Positions 11,783-24,510 of a stretch of DNA of 64,000 nt are shown one piece after another. Each line of letters opens with the position of its first letter. Positions within the stretch are counted from its first letter, which is position 1. The notes beneath the pieces were generated by a model. It did not search any database. It had not been told where the DNA came from and saw nothing but the letters and a program-made list of their open reading frames with translations. Source of the DNA: Heteronotia binoei (Eukaryota); NCBI RefSeq assembly GCF_032191835.1, contig NC_083232.1, positions 92,752,001-92,816,000 on the forward strand, in the 5' to 3' direction. Position numbers and translations under genes: made by a program.

Positions 11783-12899
11783 TGGCAGCACCCTCTGGGT
11801 GACTTGATGCCACCTGACTGGCATGATTTAACTAGGCCTGACTGCTTGCTACTGTTCAGCAGCAGCCCCCCTATGACAGCCAGTGTCATAGAAGTTAGAG
11901 CTTCAGAGCAGGGTCTGACAGACCCAGGTTCTTGCTGTAGAAATGGACTGGATGATTTTTCACCAGTTACAGACTTTTATCCTAAACTATCACACTGGGG
12001 TTTTGTGCAGATCAAAAGGGCGAGAGGAGAATGATGTAAGCTGTTTTGGTCCTCACTGCAGAGAAAGACTGTACTTTTTCTCACTAGAGGCTGCAGGGGA
12101 GAGGAGGTGGAAAGCTGAAGTCAGGGGGGGGGGGGCTGATAAAGGTAGGTTGATGGTTGGCTGGAAGGAAGAGGGTAGCCAAGTTCAGGTTGGAAAATTC
12201 CTGGAGATTTGAGGGATGGAGCCTGGAGACAGTGGGTTTGAGGAGGGGTGGGACCTCAGACAGGTACAATACCATAGATTCCACCCTCCAAGCCAGCCAT
12301 TTCCTCCCGGGGAACCACTGCTGCCAACCTCTAAGCGAGGGCTGGGGATTATTCAGAATTACAACTGCTCTCCAAATGGCAGAGATCAACTCCCTGGGGT
12401 AAAATGGCTGTTTTACAGGGTGGACTTTGGGTCATTATACCCTGCTGAGGTCACTTCCCTACAGCTTTGGTCCCCACTGTGGGGAAAGACTGTATTTTTC
12501 CTAGGTAGAGACTGAAGGGATGGGGAAGGAGATGGAAAGCTGAAGTCAGAACAGTTCCCTTACAGAAAACAGTTGCCTTGAGGCGCATACGCTATGCTAT
12601 ACCATAACACAACAAGGCCAGGCCAAAAAAACCCAGGTAACACCACAAGCTCAAGCTGATGCTAAATGACACAAGACTGAATATGATAGAAAAAGGCAGC
12701 AACAATGCAAACAAAAGGAATTCTGAGCTTCAGCATCTGTGTGACTATCATCATACTCCCTGTATTCCCCATAATTATTCTTATCTCCAATCTGTGCCTC
12801 TTTCAGGGCTTTGAGCCACCACAAACATGGGGACACACACACATACATTGGGGGGGTGGGGAGAGCTGGCATCTGTTTCAACTGCAAGGGGGTGAGTGA

Positions 12900-13110
12900 A
12901 TGCCAAGGACTGGGGGAGGGTGGGAAGACAGCAAGGGTGGGGGGTGAGTAAACGTCATGGGTGGGAGGAGTAACGGAGTGCCAAGAGTGTGGGGGTAGTT
13001 GAGAGGAAGAGGTGGTTGGGGGTGGGTGGTAGTTGGAGGGGGGTGTGGGGTGGGAAGTTGGGGTGAGGGGTGGGAAGACACCAAGGGTAAGGAGGAGTGA
13101 ATGCCTTCAC
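12900..13110 (+). repeat. G-rich low-complexity tract
   Basis: Many GGG/GGGG runs (GGGTGGGGGGTGAGT-like). Confidence 0.8.
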
Positions 13111-14065
13111 TTGGTTGGGTGGTAATACAGCAAAGGTTGGGTGGGCACTCATCCAGAGCCTCTTTTTAGACCCCGTTGTCTTTTTCCCTACAACAGGCCT
13201 TATTCTTAGTCTGTTCCTTAAACTGCAGATATATTTTCCTTCTTTTGATTATCAAGTTGGGTGCTTGTGCTGTAAGAATGTCTGTGTACTGTACTGTTGA
13301 GACTTCATCAAATTATGACATTTATACTATATATGGTTTTCTTGACCTATATAAGCAGTGGAGTTGAGCTAAGGGAAATATAAGCAAAGGGGATACCGTG
13401 CTTTATCTCTAATACAAGGCGTATTTTAGCACATGCATGTATTCTGGGCTCTGCAAATAGAGAAAGAATGCCTCTTGGACATATATCCATGCCGAATGTG
13501 ACAACCATGGATGAGTTGTGTCCACAGCGCACAGGTCCATCCATTGACCTCACTCATGAGTCAAGGGAAGGCTGGATTACTGGGGTATCATATATGGACA
13601 AATACTAGAAAAGAGCAAGAGTTCAATAGCATTTTAAAGACTAGCAAAATTTGTGTCAGGGGATGACACAAAATTTGTGTCACTCTCTAGGGATTTTGTT
13701 CATCTTTAAGGTGCCATAGGACTCTTGCTCTTTTCTACTGCTACAGACAAACACGGCTACCTGTCTTGATCTATGAACAAGTGGTATGGATTTGCATTTA
13801 ACATCCTGCCCAGTCAACTATGCCTCTAGGCAACCAGGCCAAAAAGAAAAAAGAAAAGCTTGAAAACTTTAAGAAAAATGTTCTTTCCTTTGTTGCAAGC
13901 TCTCAGTGTAGGTGAGTGATGCTCCTGGGATGCATCTCTAAAACTGGGATATGCCATTCAAGGGGGAAAAAAACGACGTTTAAATCTGCGTGCCCAAAGG
14001 AGAATCATCCCAAGAAACCAAATAACAGAGAAGTCTAGATGTGCCAATGAGACCAATATATGCAA

Positions 14066-14325
14066 CAGAAGAAGAAGATGATGATGATGATGATGATATT
14101 GGATTTATATCCCGCCCTCCACTCCGAATCTCAGAGCGGCTCACAATCTCCTTTATCTTCCTCCCCCACAACAGACACCCTGTGAGGTGGGTGGGGTTGA
14201 GAGGACTTTCACAGCAGCTGCCCTTTCAAGGACAACCTCTGCCAGAGCTATGGCTGACCCAAGGCCATCCCAGCAGGTGCAAGTGGAGGAGTGGGGAATC
14301 ATACTCGGTTCTCCCAGGTAAGAGT
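14066..14325 (-). mobile_element. Squam3C-like SINE
   Basis: Reverse-complement match to the 9725 copy, with a (GAA)(GAT)n tail. Confidence 0.88.
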
Positions 14326-15462
14326 CCACACTCTGGTTTGCATTTGTGTAATATGTGAAATGGCCCTACTTTTCTGTACTGCAGCAGCTGCTGTGTTTCA
14401 ACCAGAAGGCATTTTCAAATGGCCTCATCAAACCCATTCATATAGCTTGGCCATCAACCAAACCATGGTTTGGCCATAAAGTCTCACTCAAAGAACACTG
14501 ATACCAAGTTTAGAGACTAGCAGGTGTTGGTATTTATATTATAGGTGGGGACACAATCCAAAATACACTCACTAGGGATTTACATCTAAGTCTATGTGCT
14601 TAGGATTGCACTGTACTATGTACTATGGACTTTCATGGGGTTTAGCCATAGCAATAATGAATAGAGAGCCCAATTCAGGTTCAGAACCTCTATAGCAGTA
14701 CCCTTCCATTGGTGAAACCGGCTGTTCATCTCTCTAGCTGTTCAGTGTCGTTTCAAAAGCACAAAATCAAGGTAACAATGAAACATACTTACTGATGCGG
14801 CAAGACTTAAGCTGAGACAGATGTCCTTAAGCTCACTTTTCCCCCCAACAGTTTGGAAGATAAATTTTCAACTTTTAGCCTTCGAACACTAATAAACAGT
14901 GCTTCAAACTAAGGAGGCGACAGGGAGAATATATGGCTGTACCGTTCTGTACTAGCAGCACGCATTTCAGCCAGTAGTTGGCCTGTTATCTTATTACCCC
15001 CCAAATGTCTATAAATTGTCGAGGCATAAACTATACCGAAAGTTATTCCTTGTACGCTTTTCAGCAACCAATACAAAACAACATGTAGGGGCACTCTTCA
15101 GAGACACCCATATCTTAGCATGATGGTAGCTCTGAGCCACCTTTCAGGTGATGATTCACAACCAAGAGCCAAAGACTGTACACCGCATAAAAATGTGGGC
15201 CTGTTTATTGGTGGCCTGGATTTACAAAGAGGCTTTAAACCTTCTTGATGTTATCCTTTGCTGCCAGGCCACAAAAACGGACACTGCTCATTAAATTCGT
15301 ACAAACATACAGTCATATGCAGGGCTAGCCCTGCCACTAGGCAATTGCCTAGGGTGCCAGCCTTCCGGGGGCACTGAATTGGGTGCCCCCCCCATTGTGA
15401 CAATGACATTTTCAGGGGGGGGCACCAGAAGTTGGCCTTGCTTAGGGTGCCAGACAGTCAGG

Positions 15463-15745
15463 GAGCCAGTCTTGTGTAGCGGTTAAGTGTGCGGACTCTT
15501 ATCTGGGAGACCCGGGTTTGATTCCCCACTCCTCCACTCGCAGCTGCTGGAATGGCTTTAAGTTAGCCATAGCTATCTCAGGAGTTGTCCTTGAAAGGGC
15601 AGCTACTGTGAGAGCCCTCCCAGCCCCACCCACCTCACAGGGTGTCTGTTGTGGGGGGAGAAGATATAGGAGATTGGAAGCTGCTCTGAGTCTCTGATTC
15701 AGAGAAGGGTGGGGTATAAATCCGCAGTCGTCTTCTTCGGTCTTC
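15463..15745 (+). mobile_element. Squam3C-like SINE
   Basis: GGGAGCCAGTCTTGTGTAGCGGTTAAG...GGGTTTGATTCCCCACTCC...GGGTATAAATCC. Confidence 0.88.
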
Positions 15746-17082
15746 TTCTATGGCTGGTCCTAGTCATATGTATGGACTGTGGCTTACCGGTAGGCCGCGC
15801 ACTTTACATGCACAAGAGCCCAGTAAGATGCTTTCTAGGGAAGACAGTGAAATCCTATGTGATCCCATTTCCTGGTCAAGTCATGGTGTCTCCCTCTCCT
15901 TTCAAATTGACTCAGTTGGGTAGCCATGTTGCTCTGAAGCAACAGAACAAAGTCTGAGTCCAGTGGCACCTTTAAACCCAACAAAATTTAATTCTGGGTA
16001 CAAGCTTTTGTGCGCATGGAAATGCAAACTGTGCTCCTTTCAGGCTGCCCATCATACTAAATATACTAAATAATACAAAGTTTCCCCCAGTGTCTGTGAA
16101 ATCCATGGTCACTAGATGAGAATATATATATTTCTCACTTCCAAGATACTGCAGTTTAGAAACACAGATGAGGTTACTCCTTGGGCTTTGCCACCTAATA
16201 ATCAATCAATTACACTTTAATCTCATCCTTCCATCAAACAGATAACCATAGACAATGGGGAAAATGTCTCCGGGGTTCCCGGCTGCACTTTTTCATGATT
16301 ATAGTATCTCTGGGAAAATGTGTCCAAGGACTCGGTAAGAATCTCTAATGCAAATGAGATAATTCCCTAATGTGATATAGTTTTAAGATCACATTAGAAA
16401 GTCACAGATGTGAGATTTTTGAATAGAAAATACAGAATTCTCAATTAGAGTCTCATGCTCATGACTCTCTAATGTGATATTAAAACCATGTCACATTTGT
16501 GCATTTCCCCATTGACATTAGAGCCTTACTGAACCATTGCGTACGCTTTCCCAGAGGTTCCCTGAATCACCAAAAACTGCAGCCAGAGACCTTGGCAGTG
16601 GTGGAGAATTCACTAATATCTGTTCCTGAGCGACACTGAGATACCATAGGAAAGCCACTGAGCACTTTTCTGTGATCCTTACATCACTGGATATTGGAAG
16701 CGTATATCCATAGCACATTACACAATTTCAGACTAGAAAATTCACTCTCCAGTGCCTGAAATCTCTGTGGATGCTGAGAAAGAAAAATCAGTTTTAAAAG
16801 TCTGATGGAGGAAAGAGAGGGGAGATGACAGGGGGCTGTTCTCTTCTTAGAGCAGAGCCCCAGGACTATAAAGATCGAATCCTGGTGGGAACAGAAACAG
16901 AGAAATCCTATTATTCCCCATTCTTTCCATCCATTCTGAACACCATCAAGTTCAAAGCAGTCATTTTCGTGAGAAGAGGGCATACTGAAACCATATGCTG
17001 CTTTTCTAGGAACTTGTTTATATATTAATTTATGGGTCATTCAACAAACTCACACTCATCATTAAGTACTAGTATGTTTTTG

Positions 17083-17255
17083 CAGGGCTTTATTTGTAAC
17101 AGGAATCCCTTTGCATATTAGACTACACCCCCCCCCTCCCCAACATAGCCAATCCTCCAAGAGCTTACAGGGCTTTTCTTACAGGGCCTACTGTAAGTTC
17201 CAGGAGGATTGGCTACATCAGAGGTGTGTGGCCTGATATGCAAAGGAGTTCCTGC
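17083..17255. mobile_element. Palindromic hAT-like MITE (copies also at 27355-27535, 51530-51715, 57265-57462)
   Basis: CAGGGCTTT..GTA(A/G)CAGGAA..CCTTTGCATATTAG / CTAATATGCAAAGGAGTTCCTG inverted arms. Confidence 0.8.
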
Positions 17256-17774
17256 ATTTTTGAGGCTGGGTGTCTTGAGGAGTCTGAAAGACCTATTGCA
17301 ATGTTCTATTTTCCTGAGACACCAGATAGGTGATGAAGGGCTGGTAGGAAAGGTTTCTTAACCACCTGAAATCTCTCTCTCTTGGAATGTCATGGCCTAT
17401 AGCTGGGGAGGGGGGGGGGAGAATGCAGTCTGAACAGGGGCAGAGAGAGACAGAAAGCTGGGAGTTTAGCTGGAATGGACTGAACAGAACGTACCTTTGG
17501 GAAGGAGATTGCAGGGGGTTTTATCCTGTTGCTCTTCGTGATCTTATGAAGAACTAGCCTGGTGCTGCCTGCTTCAAGAGCAGTGTAGCATCCATAACGT
17601 TTCAGTGATGATACTGGTTTTAAATGTTTTTATGTTATTAATTGCCGCCTGGGCTGTAAGCTACACTGAGCCTGCTTTGACAGGGAGGGCAAGGTATACC
17701 CCTAATAAACGAACAAACAAATAAAATAAGCGCTTGTTTGCTTACGGTATGTTCTACTATTATGTTTGCAAATG

Positions 17775-18345
17775 AAGTTAAAGGTAGTCCCCTTTGCAAG
17801 CACTGAGTCATTACCGATCCACGGGGTGATGTCACATCATGACTTTTTCTTGCCAGACTTTTTTTTTTTAACGGGGTGGTTTGCCATCGTCTCCCCCAGT
17901 CATCTACACTTTACCCCCAGCAAGCTGGGGACTCATTCTACCGACCTCGGAAAGATGGAAGGCTGAGTCAACCTTGAGCCAGCTACCTGAACCCAGCTTC
18001 CACTGGGATCGAGCTCAGGTCACGAGCGGAGCTTGGACTGCAGCACTGCAGCTTACCACTCTGAGCCATAGGGCTCCTTAAGGTAAAGGTAGTTCCCTGT
18101 GCAAACACCGAATCATTACCGACCAATGGGGTGACAACACATCATGTTTTCTTGGCAGACTTTTTACAGGGTGGTTTGCCACTGCCTTCCTCAGTCATCT
18201 ACACTTTGCCCCCAGCAAGCTGGGCAATTTTACCAACCTCAGAAGGATGGAAGGCTGAGTCAACCTTGAGCCAGCTACCTGAACCCAGCTTCCGCTGGGA
18301 TCAAACTCAGGTCATGAGCAGAGCTTGGATTGCAGTATAGCAGTA
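17775..18345 (-). mobile_element. Two adjacent Sauria SINEs (17775-18079 and 18080-18345)
   Basis: AAAGGTAGTCCCCT tail and CCTTCCGAGGTCGGTA / GGTTGACTCAGCCTTCCATC body, on the minus strand. Confidence 0.88.
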
Positions 18346-18377
18346 CTGTAGCACACACACACACACACACACACACA

Positions 18378-18821
18378 CTGTGGCTAATAGCCACTGATGG
18401 ACCTCTGCTCCATATTTTTATCTAACCCCCTCTTGAAGGTGGCTATGCTTGTGGCCGCCACCACCTCCTGTGGCAGTGAATTCCACATGTTAATCACCCT
18501 TTGGGTGAAGAAGTACTTCCTTTTATCCATTTTAACCTGTCTGCTCAGCAATTTCATCGAATGCCCACGAGTTCTTGTATTGTGAGAAAGGGAGAAAAGT
18601 ACTTCTTTCTCTACTTTCCCCATCCCATGCATTATCTTGTAAACCTCTATCATGTCACCCCGCAGTCGACGTTTCTCCAAGCTAAAGAGCCCTAAGCATT
18701 TCAGCCTTTCTTCATAGGGAAAGTGTTCCAGCCCTTTAATCATTCTAGCTGCCCTTCTCTGGACTTTCTCCAATGCTATAATATCCTTTTTGAGGTGCGG
18801 CGACCAGAACTGCACACACAA
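18378..18821 (-). mobile_element. CR1 LINE 3' fragment
   Basis: CVQFWSPHLKKDIIALEKVQRRAARMIKGLEHFPYEERLKCLGLFSLEKRRLRGDMIEVYKIMHG, followed by a (TG)n tract. Confidence 0.95.
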
Positions 18822-19774
18822 AGTTCATTCTCCCGTTTGTTTGTTTCCTCTCACGACCTCTTTCACTCTCTGGCTGTTTGTTTCCTCTCACGACCTCTTT
18901 CACTCACTTCCAGTGCACTTTCCAGCTGGATTTTACTGTGTGAACTGGCAAAACCCAGTTGGAAAGTGCATTGAAAGTGGATAGAAAGTGCTTTAGTTAG
19001 TGTGTGTGATCACAGCCTCTATGTAACAGATCAGTATAGAAGCAAACTCTGGAATTTCCTACCCCACAGGAAAGCAGAATGAGTCCCCTTTGTTGTTAAT
19101 AGCATCATATCCGAGACCAATTCTGTAATGTCAATGGATGGAGACGCTCACCCTTCCGCAATGGAACTTTTAACGTGCTCGTTCCTGTTTTAGTAGCATG
19201 CTCAGAAGGTAAATGTTCTGCCACTTCGAGAGATAAGCCCTTGAACGAGGGATGCTGCTGAAATCATTAATGCCTTTACGCCCTGAATGGAAGTTTATAA
19301 GTTCATCCTCCGTACATGACAGCTGAACACTAATGAGAACACAGTTAGGTTTGATGTCAGGTTGAGCAGATAAAAAGGGAAAGACAGCTTTATGCCTTTT
19401 TTTGCTGTACAGACAGTAATAATAAAGGAGAAACTGCATTCTATATATCTGCCCATTTGCATTTAAGTAATCTATGGAAATGGGACAGACGTGTGGGGCT
19501 TTTATTTCAGGTGCTCTCAGACTGAAAAATGGTACTCGGCTAATAGTGAGATCTTTCACTGCAGAAAGTGATGCATGTCAAAAACAAAAATGCTATCCAC
19601 CCAGTGCTCACACATATATGCATCAAAGTAATAAAATAAACTACAGCAAACGTTAACGCTTCACCAGCACCAACCCTGACCTCTCTAGAACTTATCTTAA
19701 TACTTGGAACACCGATGGAAGAAGAAGACCAAAGATTTATACCCCGCCCTACTCTCTGAATCAGTTACACAGAG

Positions 19775-20062
19775 TCTCAGAGTTTGGTGAAGTGGTTAAG
19801 TATGCGGACTCTTATCTGGGAGAACCGGGTTTGAGTCCCCACTCCTCCACCTGCATCTCCTCGAATGGCCTTGGGTCAGCCATAGCTCTTGTAGGAGTTC
19901 TCCTTGAAAGGGCAGCTGCTGTGAGAGTTCTCTCAGCCCCACCTACCTCACAGGGTGTCTGTTGTGGAGGGGAGAGGAAGGTAAAGGAGATTGTCACTGC
20001 TCTGAGACTGAGATTCAGAGTATAGGGCGGAATATACATCCAATATCATCATCATCATCATC
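19775..20062 (+). mobile_element. Squam3C-like SINE
   Basis: AGTTTGGTGAAGTGGTTAAG...GGTTTGAGTCCCCACTCC...CCAATATCATC. Confidence 0.85.
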
Positions 20063-20134
20063 TCACAATTTCCTTTATCTTCTTCCCCTACAACAGACAC
20101 CCTGGGAGGTAAGTGGGGCTGAGAGAGCTCTCAC

Positions 20135-20492
20135 ATCTGGGGCTGGATCCAGGCCTAAAGGAATGGGGCATACATTATTTGACTGATGCTATCTCTCAGG
20201 AAGCAATTGCTTGTCAACATGAAGCAATCAGAAAGGCCTGTTTGCTTCAGCTGTTGAAAAGCCTCTTCCTTTTGTTTTGTGGGTTAGCAGAGCAGCACCT
20301 GAAGGGATGGATTTTCCACAAGGGGAAAACTCAAGAACCCATTCGGATGCTGGCTCGGAACCTGGCCGGGCTTTTCAGTTGGGAGCCTCGCCCACGGCCA
20401 ACTGTCGTTTTGACGCCAGAGCATTCTCTGTTAAAGAGCATATACTTTCTCTAGTCTAGAACAGACAGTCTGGTGTTATGGATGGGAAACAG
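20135..20492 (+). pseudogene. Degenerate coding-like block of the tandem gene unit (paralogs 31290-31646, 55500-55811)
   Basis: Between paralogs, substitutions are mostly synonymous or conservative: GLDPGLKEWGIHYLT vs GLSPGPKDWGVHYFT; GMDFPQGENSRTHSDAGSEPGRA vs GVDSPQVENSRTHCDAASEPGRA. There is a CAG|GTAAAA donor at 20492. Frameshifts and a stop are present. Confidence 0.5.
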
Positions 20493-21282
20493 GTAAAAAT
20501 GACCTCCTCTCTCTTTCTATCACTGGGGAGACTTGAGGGTGCATATAAAATCCATTGCAGAGACAGAAGGGGAGAGAAATTTTGGGGAAATGAGTTCTAA
20601 TGATGGGAGAAACCATCCCAAGGAGAGCCCTGCTGGGTCAGACCAAGAAGGCCCATCGAGCTCAGCCTCCTGTTTCTGAGAGAGACCGGCCAGATGTCAC
20701 TTAAGAAGCCGGCAGGCAGGGCAGAGAAAGGAGATCCACCTCTCTTCCTTCTCTCTAGCGTTTCAAACTCAGGGCAAGACTGCCCGGTGCCATCACAGGC
20801 AGGATAGAAGGCAGGTGCCCAACAACTGGGTAGGGAAAGACTTGGAGATTTGGGGGATGTAGCCCATAAAAGATAAGGAGAGACCTCCACCTTCCTAAGT
20901 CACTATTTTCTACAGGGGAACTGATTTCTGTAGTCTAGAGACCACTTGTAATTCCAGGAGATTTATACACACATGCAACTACAAGCACACACACACAAAC
21001 CCTGGAGACAGCCAACCCAGCCACGTTGACATGTGTGTGTGTGGGGGGGCAAGTTTCCTTTCCCACAGATTTCTTTCTGGGAGCCCCTTTCCTGGCTCTT
21101 CTCCTCCAACTCCTGGTACTCAAAGGCAGACTGTTTCTGAACCTGGAGGTGCCACTCAAGTTATTAGTTCCTTGGGTCAATGCTTTGCATCCTGTGGATG
21201 CCATGGGGGGAAAGAGAATATGCTCTTGCCCCTATAGATGATATTATTATTGTTGTTGTTATTGTTATTATTATTATTTCAG

Positions 21283-21368
21283 ACTCATCTTCAAATGTAA
21301 AAGGCCTCTGGCATGATATAGTGAAGAATGACCTCTTTGTCGAAGATCTGCAGGAGGTCTCCAGTGAG
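21283..21368 (+). CDS. Exon B of an unidentified tandem gene family (unit 1)
   Basis: TTTCAG|...GAG|GTAAGT, 86 nt, reading (D)SSSNVKGLWHDIVKNDLFVEDLQEVSSE. It differs from the paralogs by a one-codon indel and by synonymous changes. Confidence 0.6.
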
Positions 21369-21719
21369 GTAAGTCTTCCAAGGAAAGAAGGAAGTTAGAC
21401 AGAGTCCCAGAGACTCATGGAGGTTTAGGGGTCAGAGGGACCAAGAGAGGAATTCAGACCCACAGACAGGCAGTGAGAACCTGTTGGCGCCTGGAAATGA
21501 GTCAGGGAGGGGGGGGGGGGAAGGCAAAACAGAAGTCGTCTTGTGTCAGCTGTCGATGGAGAAGAAGGCCTGGGAACACAGCGGAAATAAACATTCTAGA
21601 ACCATTCTTTAATAATAAAGAAAAACACCAGAGATACTTTTTAGGATGACCACCTCTATTGAACATTCTTTGTGCTAATGCTGTGTCCCATCGGTGAATG
21701 AGAGGAACTTCCACAAACA

Positions 21720-21890
21720 TATCAAGCTGCCTTTAGTAGAGTGAAACACTTGGTTTGATGCTTTAGTTTCGCTTAACTTTGACTGGCTGTAGCTCTCCAG
21801 GACCCTGATGCCTGAGATTTCTTTAAGTGGAAATTGAACAGGGGGCCTCCTGCATGCCAATCAGGGACTCTAACTATTGAGCCCTCCTAC
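21720..21890 (-). mobile_element. Squam2-like tRNA-derived SINE (paralogs ~34860-35045, ~38785-38965; an older head at ~21990-22075)
   Basis: The minus strand has a tRNA-like head (..TTGGCATGCAGGAGGCC..GTTCAATT) and the tail AAGGCAGCTTGATATGTT. Confidence 0.65.
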
Positions 21891-22429
21891 CAACCAACCA
21901 TCCACTGTGAAACCAAATCAGCCTCTGGGGTTGCCTTAGGCAGAGTCAGATCGTCGTTCCCCACTAGCTCTCCTGGGCCTCTGGAGGAGAGAACTTTGAG
22001 ATCCTTCAAAGATGCCAGGAACTGAATAGGGGACCTTCCGTACATGCTCTGGTGCCGAGGTGCAGCCCTCCATGTTCTAAGCAGACTTCAGTGGTCCACA
22101 GCATGACTGGATGCGGGGTGGGGGCTGAATGTCTTCTCCAGAGCCACCTAAGAAGTTAATAGCCAAGACCAGAAGAGGTCTGTGACACCTCCTTGCAGGT
22201 AGCAACGCTTGCATGGAAATGACAGAGGGGTTCATGCTGTTCACTGTCTCAGAATATCTCTCTTGCAAAAAGTCTGAAGCTTTCCTCCCTCTCATCTGCC
22301 TGGCAAGAGTACTGCATGCGTCTTCCAGAACTGTGCCTCATTTCCTTCAGATAAACCCAGTTCCCAGAATTCCCTGCTCAGAAGCCTTCTTAGCACAGGC
22401 TCATTTGGTGGCCTCTCTTTTGATTTCAG

Positions 22430-22669
22430 ACCAAGCCTGCACCGGAGAGGCCCACGCCAGCACCACCTCGCCAGGAAACCAGCAGTGAGGGGGATCAGCC
22501 CACACCATCGGCTGATCCGCCAAATACCACCAGGCGCCCCTCCTGCTGGTCCTTTGTATCTCGCCTGGGGGGGTGGGTGGCCGGAAGATCTAGCGCCTCT
22601 CCGGGAAACATCTGCAGGCGGCTGAGGCGTTGGGCAGCCCGGCGAAGAGGTCGTGTGCACCCTCAATAA
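22430..22669 (+). CDS. Terminal exon A of the unidentified gene (unit 1)
   Basis: TTTTGATTTCAG| acceptor and 240 nt open to TAA: TKPAPERPTPAPPRQETSSEGDQ...RRLRRWAARRRGRVHPQ*. Confidence 0.55.
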   Translation, partial: TKPAPERPTPAPPRQETSSEGDQPTPSADPPNTTRRPSCWSFVSRLGGWVAGRSSASPGNICRRLRRWAARRRGRVHPQ

Positions 22670-22938
22670 GATCTGAGGTATTGTCCGAAGTCCTTTGTTT
22701 GTTTCTTCTGTTTGGAAATGTATGGATTTGATTTACATTTAACGCATGTTAATATGTTCATGTTTCTGGAGATGTTCAGTAATGATATGAACAATAGTTG
22801 TTTTAATAGCAAACTTTAACATATAGCAAATATTATAGCTTGGAGAAGTGATTTAAAGAGACAAATGCCTTCTCCATGACGGCCAATATCTGCTCTTGCA
22901 AAAAGTCTGAAGCTTTCCTTTGTTTCCTCACCTTCCAG

Positions 22939-23034
22939 ACCTCCTTGGTCAGCTGCTCAACAACCAGCCCCGTGGTCTCCAGCAGTGACTCCATCCAGGG
23001 ATCTGATGGAGTCCATGATACCATCCTGCTGGAG
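22939..23034 (+). CDS. Exon D of the unidentified gene (unit 1)
   Basis: Polypyrimidine tract TTCCAG| ... GAG|GTAGGC, 96 nt, phase 0-0: TSLVSCSTTSPVVSSSDSIQGSDGVHDTILLE. Confidence 0.55.
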
Positions 23035-23182
23035 GTAGGCCAGGCCCAGTCCCAACTCCTCATCCTGTCAGTGACTGCGAGGAGGCCAAGAGGGTTGGGA
23101 ACCTGCCCTCCTTGATGGTTTCTCCCCACCTTCTTTTACTCCTTCTGTGTGCAGAAGCTCTCCTGAGCCGTCCAGAGAGCCC

Positions 23183-23830
23183 AGTCTTCCACAAGTCCCT
23201 CTCATCCATGGGTCACTTCATGACTATGCGGGGCAGACCCACACTGATAATTCCTAGAAGGGTAAACAGTTTTGTCTCTAGTCAAAATCCAGGCCTAAAA
23301 ACTGCTCCATTTTCTTAAGATGCTGCCAGACTGCTTCTTGCACTGGGAGAGCCTTTGTTTTTTCGTGGGAGGCGCAAAATCTTGACGTCATCAGCTTTGA
23401 CGTAAAGCTGTGTCTGAAAGCTTGCCTAACATTGCATAGATGATGTGCAAATAGCAAGTCGCATTCTTTTGTAAGAACGCAAGAGAGGTTCTAGACATCA
23501 TGGCATACAGCTGCCTCTGAAATCTTCCCTAATCTTCCACAAGCCCCTCTCACCCATGGGTCACTTCATGACTATGCGGGGCAGACCCACACTGATAATT
23601 CCTAGAAGGGCAACCAGTTTTGTCTCTAGTCAAAATCAGGGCTTAAAACCTGCTCCATTGATTTAAGATGCTGCCAGACTGCTTCTTGCACTGGAGAACA
23701 TTTTTTGGGGTGTGGGGTGTGCAAAATCTTAACATCATCAGCTTTGACATAAAGCTTTGTTTGAAAGTTTGCCTAACATTGCACAGACAATCTGCAAATA
23801 GCAAGTCACATTCTTTTGATCCTGGATTTA
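23183..23830 (+). repeat. Local tandem duplication, period ~350 bp
   Basis: TCTTCCACAAG(T/C)CCCTCTCA..CATGGGTCACTTCATGACTATGCGGGGCAGACCCACACTGATAATTCC occurs near 23183 and again near 23535. Confidence 0.85.
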
Positions 23831-24510
23831 TAAATCTTGTCCAAATGAAAATGGATACATTTTTATATAAACAAAGCTGGTGTGCTCCCTTTGGTATCCT
23901 AAGGCCCTGCCCAATGGAGTCTTAATTGGTTGCCCCTTACAATGACCTCCAAGCCATCTCCTTGCCTCTGACCTGCCCGGCAGGAGTACTGCACGCATCT
24001 TCCAGAACTGTGCCCCATTTCCTTTAGATAAATCCAGTTCCCAGAATTCTCCGCACAGAAGTCTTATTAGCACAGCCTCATTTGGTGACCTCTCTTTTGA
24101 TTTCAGACACAGCCTGCACCGGAGAGGCCAACACCAGCACCACCCTCCCAGGGCTCTCCTTGGGATGGTTTCTTCCATCATTAGAACTCATTTCCCCAAA
24201 ACTTCTCTCCCCTTCTGTCTCTGCAGTGGATTTTATGCGCACCCTCGAGTCTCCACTAGGATAGACAGATAGATCGATAGACAGAGAGAGAGAGAGAAAG
24301 AATGTCATTCTTACAGGTTTCGCATCCATTTTGAATTTTCTTTGATGCCAGATAGAGTAGAAAATTCTCTGCTCGACAAAGCCCTGGCATCAAATGGCAG
24401 TCCCCCCCCCCCAGGCAAGATAGAAAGGACCAGCAGCAGGAGGGGCACCTGATGGTAACTGTCGAGTCAGCTGATGTTGTTCACTGCTCCCCTCAGCTGC
24501 TGGTTTCCTA

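Noticed and set aside
14780-14830. CTGATGC-GGC..GCT-GAGAC-AGAT-GTC hammerhead-like string
   Set aside because: Two core positions are mutated and no stem I is evident; too degenerate to call.
19103-19208. Possible 106-nt exon AG|HHIRDQFCNVNGWRRSPFRNGTFNVLVPVLVACSE|GTAAAT
   Set aside because: The acceptor is weak, there is no family match and there are no partner exons.
22833-23129. Minus-strand ORF with KQRKASDFLQ resembling DIRS ORF1
   Set aside because: The same bases form exon D with strong plus-strand splice sites, in phase with exons B and A. The DIRS resemblance is short, although a transposon origin cannot be excluded.
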